Virus record (IMG/VR): IMGVR_UViG_3300028840_001835 | DNA from: a virus | Taxonomy: Duplodnaviria > Caudoviricetes | Direction: 5' to 3' (one strand) | Length of the DNA stretch: 64,000 nt | Shown: positions 57,364-64,000 of the stretch, one piece after another | How the letters are laid out: every line of letters begins with the position of its first letter | Numbering within the stretch: the first letter of the stretch is position 1 | Notes under the pieces: generated by a model | What the model saw: only the letters and a program-made list of their open reading frames with translations | The model's database searches: none | Told to the model about the DNA's origin: nothing | Made by a program: the position numbers and the translations under genes

Positions 57364-57575
57364 TATAACCCCGCAGCTTTCTTGAATCTTTCCTCATCAA
57401 ATCTTGGGTTCGCCTTCGCAAATATATCGATCATCATCTTTGCCATCTCCTCTTTGGTCTTGGCGTCCTTTATCGCCTTGGCCATCGCCTGGAAATGTTG
57501 CTTGGTGAACGTGGTCTCAAGTATGACTTCCTCTTTAGGAATCTTTGGTATGAATCTATCTATAAATTCCTTCAT
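57363..57575 (-). CDS. Putative internal head protein
   Basis: Starts MKEFIDRF...VILE|T; C-terminal NPRFDEERFKKAAGL. Confidence 0.55.
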   Translation of the reverse strand: MKEFIDRFIPKIPKEEVILETTFTKQHFQAMAKAIKDAKTKEEMAKMMIDIFAKANPRFDEERFKKAAGL

Positions 57576-57576
57576 G

Positions 57577-57948
57577 TTATTTCCTCACAAATGATTTGAT
57601 AAATGCCTTCTCTTCCTCAGACGCACCTTTTTTGGCGCCACCCTGAACGAAAGACTTAACAAATGCCTTCGCCTCTGGAGAGGAATAATAATCACCCTTA
57701 GTATATCTGTTTATATCTCGGAGGCTATTGAGAACCTGGGTGAGTCGTAGTAATGTTCCAGACTGTTTATTTGTATTCCATTCCTTCTTGAGAGTAGATA
57801 ACACCTTTGAAACATTTTTCATCAATGTATCGGCCTCCTTGAAGTTCTTCCGAGCCATCTTATCAAACCCAGAAGCGTCTGCCTCTTTGATGAATTCAGT
57901 TGGCTTCTCATTCATCCATGTTCTGGCATCTTTTGTTAAATCTGACAT
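57577..57948 (-). CDS. Putative internal head protein
   Basis: Leader ...RTWMNE|KPTEFIKE|A. Confidence 0.52.
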   Translation of the reverse strand: MSDLTKDARTWMNEKPTEFIKEADASGFDKMARKNFKEADTLMKNVSKVLSTLKKEWNTNKQSGTLLRLTQVLNSLRDINRYTKGDYYSSPEAKAFVKSFVQGGAKKGASEEEKAFIKSFVRK

Positions 57949-57957
57949 ATGTACCTC

Positions 57958-58230
57958 TTATCCGATTCCGCTTGATATACTAACCCCCATAGAGACTAAC
58001 GCATCATTAAGCGGTGAACCGTGTTGAACTTTTTTCTTATCTATCTCGACCTCTATGTTCCATCGTCCAGCGCCTGTCTGGAAATCGTTCTCGACCTTAC
58101 CACCATGTTTCTTAATAAGTTCGATCACTTTGGTTTTCATTTGAAAACCTTTTTTCCCCTTTCCATAAAGAGAGAAAGTCCAATAGTTTGGACCTCTCTT
58201 TGCCTCACCGATGTAATCCAGAAATCTCAT
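57958..58230 (-). CDS. Putative internal head protein
   Basis: Starts MRFLDYIGE|A. Confidence 0.62.
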   Translation of the reverse strand: MRFLDYIGEAKRGPNYWTFSLYGKGKKGFQMKTKVIELIKKHGGKVENDFQTGAGRWNIEVEIDKKKVQHGSPLNDALVSMGVSISSGIG

Positions 58231-58282
58231 AGAAACCTCTACATAGGATTGAAATAGTTATGTATATGACAAAGGAGCAAGA

Positions 58283-58522
58283 TTATTTCTTCTTACAATC
58301 TTTCTTTTCGTTTTTCTTCTCGTCCTTCTCTTCCTCGTCATCTTCTTCTTTATCGTCTTTATCCTCAGAATCGTCCTTATCCTTGGACTCTTCCTCGTCA
58401 TCCTTTTCCTTGTCTTCCTTTTCTTTATCTTCCTCTTCCTGCTCCTTCACCTTCTTTTCTTCGAGTTCTTCTTTGGACTCATCCTCTTCGAGGTACTTGT
58501 TTAATCTATCCAATACTGTCAT
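58283..58522 (-). CDS. Extremely charged D/E/K low-complexity protein, putative core/internal protein
   Basis: MTVLDRLNKYLEE| followed almost only by D/E/K; first gene after late promoter 58560. Confidence 0.65.
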   Translation of the reverse strand: MTVLDRLNKYLEEDESKEELEEKKVKEQEEEDKEKEDKEKDDEEESKDKDDSEDKDDKEEDDEEEKDEKKNEKKDCKKK

Positions 58523-58559
58523 TTTATGCCTCCTGTTAGGTTGAACAAATTATTTGAAG

Positions 58560-58567
58560 TATTTATA
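58560..58567 (-). promoter_or_regulatory. T4-type late promoter TATAAATA
   Basis: Exact match heading the small-gene array. Confidence 0.8.
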
Positions 58568-58571
58568 AAAC

Positions 58572-58982
58572 CTAGAAGCCTACTTCCACAAACTTCTTAT
58601 ATTCTATGATGTTTTTAATCTGGAAGGATGTCCGTTTGATATTTTCCAGCGCCATCTCCAGTTGCTTGACCATAGTCTCCTGCTCATTAAACTCAACCAC
58701 CAAAGCATAATATTCATCATGCGCTAATATCTGAGTCTCGATTTCACCCTTGGTCTCCCAATTGTGATTATCAAAGTATTTGAAGTGTTTATATAGCTCC
58801 CCAAATTTCTTATGCTTATCCGCGGACAATTTCTTCAGGCTTCTAAGTTCCTTTGAAAATATATCCAAATATTCGTTATAGAGCATCGGAAGTTTTTTAG
58901 ATTTCTCGATGAGATTTTCCTCAGTGAGGGTTAGCTCCAAGTCTAACTTTTTCATTAGGGCTTTGAATGTCTTTATTTCCAT
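58572..58982 (-). CDS. uvsY: Recombination mediator UvsY
   Basis: DLEL...NLIEKS.KLPMLY.EYL...L...L.NI.R.SFQIKNIIEYKKF..G; start refined to MEIKT (SD AAGGAG). Confidence 0.85.
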   Translation of the reverse strand: MEIKTFKALMKKLDLELTLTEENLIEKSKKLPMLYNEYLDIFSKELRSLKKLSADKHKKFGELYKHFKYFDNHNWETKGEIETQILAHDEYYALVVEFNEQETMVKQLEMALENIKRTSFQIKNIIEYKKFVEVGF

Positions 58983-59047
58983 GGCGTCTCCTTGGTTGTA
59001 TATATACTTATAATGTAACAAACTTACCACCGAGGACGCCACCTTAC

Positions 59048-59232
59048 ATGGACAGAATTTTGGACGAACTTAAAATAGTTCCAAAACGTGAAGCCCTCCA
59101 GGAAACATTTTGTTATATATAAAGTATGATGATGTAAAGGGAGAACAGTATTGTATAGGACTCCATCAGGGAACCCTTTATGATATAAAGGGTGAACTAT
59201 GCTTAAAATTTATTCATTCTATTTATTTTTAA
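59048..59232 (+). pseudogene. Possible ~60-aa gene broken by a (TA)4 tract
   Basis: MDRILDELKIVPKREALQETFCYI* and KYDDVKGEQYCIGLHQGTLYDIKGELCLKFIHSIYF* join in frame if one TA is removed from 59114-59121. Confidence 0.3.
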
Positions 59233-59247
59233 TTTTATTGAATAGAT

Positions 59248-59268
59248 TCCCGGTGCTTCGCACCGGGA
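59248..59268. other. Perfect 9-bp GC-rich hairpin with a GAA/TTC triloop
   Basis: TCCCGGTGC-TTC-GCACCGGGA; minus strand contains GCGAAGC. Confidence 0.7.
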
Positions 59269-59292
59269 GACTCCTATACTTTAAATAAATCT

Positions 59293-61047
59293 ATGTATAT
59301 CAAATTCGATACCCTCAGGTTTAAAAACGTAAATTCTTACGGAAATACATTAACCACATTTGATTTCAAAAAAGGGATAAACTCTATCTCTGGAGAAAAT
59401 GGCCAAGGTAAATCATCCATTCTTGAAGCCTTATGTTTCTGTTTATTTGGAGTTCCATATCGAAAGGTCAGGATCAAGGAAATAATAAATCGAACCAATA
59501 GGCGTGGTTTATTTACACAGGTCACATTCTCAATAAGGAATGAAAGATATCAGATCACTAGATGCCTGAATCCATATTCATTCGACATACAGAAGAATGG
59601 AGAGTCCCTTGAACTTTTATCCACAAAAAGATTGACGCAAGAAGAGGTCGACAAATTACTCGGGATTGATGTGACCTTATTTAGGCAGATCATCTCACTA
59701 GCCATAAACGCAAACAAGCCTTTTCTATCATTGTCTGCAAAAGAGAAACGGGACATAGTTGAAACGATATTCAATATAAAAGTCTTTGGAGTGATGTTAA
59801 AGACCGTTAAGCAGAATATGTCTGGAGTAAAAGGTGACTATGGTATACAACAGAAGACCATTAAAATGCTTGAGACCAATATTCTTGAACTTCGTAAACA
59901 AGTCAAGGATATAGAATATACTGAAGCGAATTTTCAACAGGACAAGGAAAAAGAATTAAAGTTTATAGACAAGAATATAAAATCACTTGAATATAAGATC
60001 AAACAAGGTAATAGTAAAATCGAAAGACTTCAAAAGTCAGAGAAATTCTTTGATGAAAAGAAATTCAAATTTGGACCTAATGATAGACAGAGAGTCGCGG
60101 AGGAGATTGGTAAACTGGAGTATAAAATACGAAAGGGTAAAAAGGATCTGAAGTTCTTTGAGACAAACGATAGTTGCCCCGTGTGTTTAGCAAGTCTGAA
60201 GGACGGAACGGTCAAGGATGATCATATTAATAGAATAACCGCAAGGGTCAAAAACGATGAGGGCGTTCTTGCTCTCAAATTAAAAGAAAAGAAATCCATC
60301 GAGGATAGTATTGATCTTAAAAAGAGAAATGAAGAAAAGATCAATTCAATAAAGGAACAAATAAAGATTGAGAATGAAAAACTCAAAATGAATACTGAGC
60401 AGATGGAGAACTATAAAAAGACCCGAGTGCAGACAGAAGCCAAACAATTTACATTTGACATTGACAAGATTCGTGCACTATACGAGTCTAAGAAGAAGGA
60501 GTATAAAACTACCTTCAAGAAAACAACCGAGCTATCCAAAGAGCTTACTATGTTTGAGACCATTTGTAACATACTCGGTACGGAGGGAATAAAATCTCAT
60601 TTCTTCGCCAAGTTAATTCCGATACTCAATCAAAAGATAAACGAATATCTGACAACATTTGATTTACCAATATCCCTTACCTTCAATGAATTTATGGAGG
60701 AAAAGATATATGTATTTGGTGAAAAGTTTCAGGAGATTCCATATCTCGCATTTAGTGAAGGTGAAAAGAAAAGGATTGACATCGCCATTCTTTTATCATT
60801 CATAGAGACAACGAAGGTTATTAGTAACTGGAGTTCCAATGTACTTATATTTGATGAGATATTTGATGGAAGTACAGATGCTCAGGCGATAAACAAGATC
60901 ATGGAATCCATTAAAGATATGTACTTTCAAGATCCCAACCTTTGTTTATATATAATGTCACATAGAACACTTGAATTAAGTTTTCATAACAAATATGTAG
61001 CAAAGAAGGTCGGAGGTTTCTCCAGCATAGTCAAAGAGGCCGATTAA
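59293..61047 (+). CDS. gp46: Recombination endonuclease subunit gp46 (SbcC/Rad50-like)
   Basis: GENGQGKS, central CPVC zinc hook, FSEGEKKRIDIA, LIFDEIFD, MSH. Confidence 0.95.
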   Translation: MYIKFDTLRFKNVNSYGNTLTTFDFKKGINSISGENGQGKSSILEALCFCLFGVPYRKVRIKEIINRTNRRGLFTQVTFSIRNERYQITRCLNPYSFDIQKNGESLELLSTKRLTQEEVDKLLGIDVTLFRQIISLAINANKPFLSLSAKEKRDIVETIFNIKVFGVMLKTVKQNMSGVKGDYGIQQKTIKMLETNILELRKQVKDIEYTEANFQQDKEKELKFIDKNIKSLEYKIKQGNSKIERLQKSEKFFDEKKFKFGPNDRQRVAEEIGKLEYKIRKGKKDLKFFETNDSCPVCLASLKDGTVKDDHINRITARVKNDEGVLALKLKEKKSIEDSIDLKKRNEEKINSIKEQIKIENEKLKMNTEQMENYKKTRVQTEAKQFTFDIDKIRALYESKKKEYKTTFKKTTELSKELTMFETICNILGTEGIKSHFFAKLIPILNQKINEYLTTFDLPISLTFNEFMEEKIYVFGEKFQEIPYLAFSEGEKKRIDIAILLSFIETTKVISNWSSNVLIFDEIFDGSTDAQAINKIMESIKDMYFQDPNLCLYIMSHRTLELSFHNKYVAKKVGGFSSIVKEAD

Positions 61048-61128
61048 TGGGTTTAATCCAAAAATGCGACCCAATCTGTAGCATGTTTATTATATTTAAT
61101 ATATGTCCTTTGTAACAGAGGAGGATAT

Positions 61129-61590
61129 ATGGCAAAGAGTAAGCACTATGTAAATAATGAGGAATTTTATGAATTACTAAAACAATACAATATAGAAAAC
61201 ACAATACTAAAAGAAGCTAAAAAGACCAAGTCTCCAGATGAGATTAGAATGATCGCAAATCGAGTAGCAAAGGTCAAAAATGAAATTGGTCAAATATTCG
61301 TAAAGATAGGGACAGGGATACTTACAAAACCCAACTTTATAAATTACACCCGAGATTGGAAAGGTGAGATGTTATCTGATGCCACGTTTTATATGAGTAA
61401 GTATATTGATAGGTATGATATAAGTAAGACAAACCCATTTTCTTATTTCACAACAATTGCACATCATGCGTTTCTTCAATATATAAACAAGCAAAACAAA
61501 TACTCGGACAAATTTCAACCACTTTCATATATAGAAAATATGCACGTCCAAAACAATCAAGCGATTGAGGATATAGAAGATGGATTTTAA
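61129..61590 (+). CDS. gp55: Late transcription sigma factor gp55
   Basis: HYVNN.EF...IG......KPNFINY...EM.SD......NPFSYFT.I...AFLQ.I. Confidence 0.93.
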   Translation: MAKSKHYVNNEEFYELLKQYNIENTILKEAKKTKSPDEIRMIANRVAKVKNEIGQIFVKIGTGILTKPNFINYTRDWKGEMLSDATFYMSKYIDRYDISKTNPFSYFTTIAHHAFLQYINKQNKYSDKFQPLSYIENMHVQNNQAIEDIEDGF

Positions 61591-61948
61591 AGAATATCAA
61601 AAGGAAGCTCGAAAGACCGCCATATACATGAAAGGATTTGAGAAGAAAAATCCTGGACTTAAGGAGAGCATATATCGAATAGTCGCATTGTCCTATGTAG
61701 CAAACGGTCTTGGCGAAGTCGGTGAGATACAGGGCAAGGTCAAGAAGATAATCCGTGATGATCTTGGGGTCATCACGGACCAGCATAGAAAAGATTTGTC
61801 CAAAGAAATAGGAGATGTTCTCTGGTATGTATCTAATATGTGTACGGAGCTTGATCTTGATCTTGAAGAGGTCGCAAAACAAAATGTTGAAAAATTATTT
61901 GACCGTAAGAAAAGAGGGGTCATACGTGGATCAGGAGATGATAGATAG
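61580..61948 (+). CDS. mazG: MazG-like nucleotide pyrophosphohydrolase
   Basis: YQ..A..TA.Y...GLGEVGE...KVKK..RD...KEIGDVLWYV......LE.VA..NVEKL..R..RG.I.GSGDDR. Confidence 0.9.
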   Translation: MDFKEYQKEARKTAIYMKGFEKKNPGLKESIYRIVALSYVANGLGEVGEIQGKVKKIIRDDLGVITDQHRKDLSKEIGDVLWYVSNMCTELDLDLEEVAKQNVEKLFDRKKRGVIRGSGDDR

Positions 61949-62228
61949 ATTTAATAAAGCAAAGGATCGTTTTATCGAATTATGTAAGGAGTGTGATGTT
62001 ACCATTCCGTCCATAAAACCCGCCCTGATGACTGATCCTTGTGATGTAACGGATATTAATCAGGTAAGATTGAATGTAGAGAAGATCAAAGATTTTGATA
62101 ATTTTAATACATTTGAATATTATGTCAATCATGTTTTTATCCATTACCTTTGCGAATTAAATGTAACAGATGAAAGTGACCATGTATGTGATTTGATTTG
62201 GGGATGGAAGAAAAGGATATTAAATTGA
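61938..62228 (+). CDS. Hypothetical protein
   Basis: Start refined to MIDRF (SD AGGAG), overlapping the mazG end. Confidence 0.6.
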   Translation: MIDRFNKAKDRFIELCKECDVTIPSIKPALMTDPCDVTDINQVRLNVEKIKDFDNFNTFEYYVNHVFIHYLCELNVTDESDHVCDLIWGWKKRILN

Positions 62229-62806
62229 AAAAATATAACATCATATATGCGGATCCGCCCTGGGCATACAATGATAAAATGTCTGGCAATAGGGGTGCGT
62301 GTTATAAGTATGATGTTATGGACATAGAGGAAATTAAAAAGATACCAGTGCAGAATATTGCTGCCGACGATTGCGCCCTATTCATGTGGGCGACAATGCC
62401 TCATTTAAAGAGTGCGTTTAATCTCATGGAGACATGGGGGTTTACATATAAGACTAATGCCTTTACATGGGTGAAGAGGTCAAAGAATGGAAACTGGTTT
62501 ACTGGTTGTGGAAGCTGGACGCGCTCCAATGCGGAGCTTTGCCTCCTTGGTGTGAAGGGTAAGATAAGAAGAAAGAACGCCGATGTAAACTCTGTCATCA
62601 GTGCACGGGTCATGGAGCATAGTAAGAAACCCAACATTGTACGTGACAGGATAGTCAGGTTGATGGGGAATCTCCCAAGAATAGAACTCTTTTCCAGAGA
62701 GAAGATCAAGGGTTGGGATGTATGGGGCAACGAATCAGAGACCAACTTTTGGGATGAATTTACGATCAAGAGAAAAGAAAGTAAATTAAAAGGATTTTTA
62801 AAATGA
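62204..62806 (+). CDS. MT-A70 family adenine methyltransferase
   Basis: IIYADPPW, LFMWAT, WGFTYKT..FTWVK, TRSNAELCLLG, HSKKP, RIELFSR...GWDVWGNE. Confidence 0.92.
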   Translation: MEEKDIKLKKYNIIYADPPWAYNDKMSGNRGACYKYDVMDIEEIKKIPVQNIAADDCALFMWATMPHLKSAFNLMETWGFTYKTNAFTWVKRSKNGNWFTGCGSWTRSNAELCLLGVKGKIRRKNADVNSVISARVMEHSKKPNIVRDRIVRLMGNLPRIELFSREKIKGWDVWGNESETNFWDEFTIKRKESKLKGFLK

Positions 62807-63855
62807 ATAAACAGATCGCACTTATAGGCGACACCCACTTTGGTATATACAAGTCGTCCCAGATATTTCTGGATTCACAATTAAGATTCTTTAGGGAGTG
62901 TCTTATACCTCATTGTAAGATGAATGGAATTTCAACTATTGTTCATGCGGGTGACTTTTTTGATAATAGAAATAACATAAACATCAAAGTTTTAAATGAG
63001 GTGCATAAACTTCTAACAGAGGATCTAAAAGATTTTGAATTGTACATATTGGTTGGCAACCATGACACATTCTTTAAATCTTCAATAGAGACTCACTCCT
63101 TAAAACTAATTGGTGAGATGCCCAATATTAATGTAATTGATAATATACAATTACATAACAATAATGAGTTTAGAAGATCAATCTTGTTTGTTCCGTGGCA
63201 AACAGATCATGAGAGATTTAAAAAGAAAGTTGCAGATCAAAATATACATTGTGATATATGTATAGGTCATTTTGAGACCGCGGGATTCTTTTTAAACTCG
63301 GCAAAGGTATGTGAGGAGGGGTTATCTCCTGAATTGTTTTTCAACAATTATACTCTCACAATGTCTGGACATTTTCATCGGAGAAGTAACAAGAAATATA
63401 ATGATAGTATAATTCAATATTTTGGAAATCCATATCATCTCACTAGGCATGATATAGATTCTGATAGAGGATTCTGTGTTCTTGATCTGGAGACGCTTGA
63501 ATATCACTTCGTGAATAACGATATATCGATCCGATTTGAGAGATTATATTATCCAGAGGATTTTGATGTAAATAAGATTAGAGGAAATATAGTCGATATT
63601 CATGTGAATATTAATGAGGACTATGATGAAAAAGAATTTCAGGATTATCTCTCGACAGTTGAGTCCTATCGACCCGCCTTTCCCGCAAATGTGAAGATTG
63701 AAAATAATTTCAGTATGTCCACAAGCGGCGATTATAAGGTGCAGACGGTTCCAGAATTGATAAATGAGTATGTCGGTGATCTAGACATCAAATATAAAAA
63801 AGAGATCACGCAAAAGATTATTGATTTATATAACGAATGTAAATCCAACATATAG
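62803..63855 (+). CDS. gp47: Recombination endonuclease subunit gp47 (SbcD/Mre11-like)
   Basis: GDTHFG, GDFFDNR, GNHD, GHFE, SGHFH, GNPY. Confidence 0.95.
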   Translation: MNKQIALIGDTHFGIYKSSQIFLDSQLRFFRECLIPHCKMNGISTIVHAGDFFDNRNNINIKVLNEVHKLLTEDLKDFELYILVGNHDTFFKSSIETHSLKLIGEMPNINVIDNIQLHNNNEFRRSILFVPWQTDHERFKKKVADQNIHCDICIGHFETAGFFLNSAKVCEEGLSPELFFNNYTLTMSGHFHRRSNKKYNDSIIQYFGNPYHLTRHDIDSDRGFCVLDLETLEYHFVNNDISIRFERLYYPEDFDVNKIRGNIVDIHVNINEDYDEKEFQDYLSTVESYRPAFPANVKIENNFSMSTSGDYKVQTVPELINEYVGDLDIKYKKEITQKIIDLYNECKSNI

Positions 63856-63860
63856 GGGAT

Positions 63861-64000
63861 ATGTATATGACTGATGATTTGAAATCATTTGAAGAACAAT
63901 TGAAACAACAGATAACTGGAGCAAAGCCGAAAGAGGAGAACTCCTTAAAGTCATTTGAAGATCAATTGAAGAAACAAATAAAAGGAGAGAATCCAAGTAA
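63861..64000 (+). CDS. Hypothetical protein, partial; runs off the right edge
   Basis: (MY)MTDDLKSFEEQLKQQITGAKPKEENSLKSFEDQLKKQIKGENPS..., internal 12-aa repeat. Confidence 0.55.
   Translation, partial: MYMTDDLKSFEEQLKQQITGAKPKEENSLKSFEDQLKKQIKGENPS

Noticed and set aside
59043-59292. tRNA/ncRNA or sigma70 promoter in the largest intergenic gap
   Set aside because: No cloverleaf was found, and I could not place a -35/-10 pair with correct spacing by eye
23076-61047. Inteins or group I introns in TerL, portal, MCP, UvsW or gp46
   Set aside because: Lengths are ordinary and motifs contiguous; no splice-junction or homing-endonuclease motifs were seen
1-64000. Alternative genetic code (stop-codon reassignment)
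   Set aside because: Core genes are full length under code 11, and TAA, TAG and TGA all end genes at sensible positions

Overview
A 64-kb segment of a large T4-like myovirus (tailed dsDNA phage); the host cannot be identified from sequence alone. About 0.3-58.5 kb is an almost entirely minus-strand late morphogenesis region. In transcription order it runs: DNA end protector, portal, prohead protease, scaffold, major capsid, neck gp13, an ~11-kb adhesin/fibre block, gp14, gp15, terminase small and large subunits, sheath, tube, hub chaperone, tape measure, gp53, hub, gp5, lysin, gp6, gp7-like and tail fibres. I counted 26 exact TATAAATA T4 late promoters by eye, and the cognate gp55 sigma factor is in the window. 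The right end holds uvsW, uvsY, gp46, gp55, mazG, an MT-A70 methylase and gp47. Four observations stand out. (1) About 18 late proteins start with a T4 internal-protein-like capsid-targeting leader; they include an AAA+ ATPase and a ParB-like enzyme. (2) Three long adhesin-like proteins each end in a gp25 sheath-initiator domain and lie between neck genes 13 and 14. (3) A probable +1 programmed frameshift joins the gp26-like chaperone to a start-less downstream ORF just before the tape measure gene. (4) A Ser-Ala-Thr tripeptide recurs in virion proteins, next to a glycosyltransferase-like gene. All family assignments come from motif recognition by eye, with no database search.
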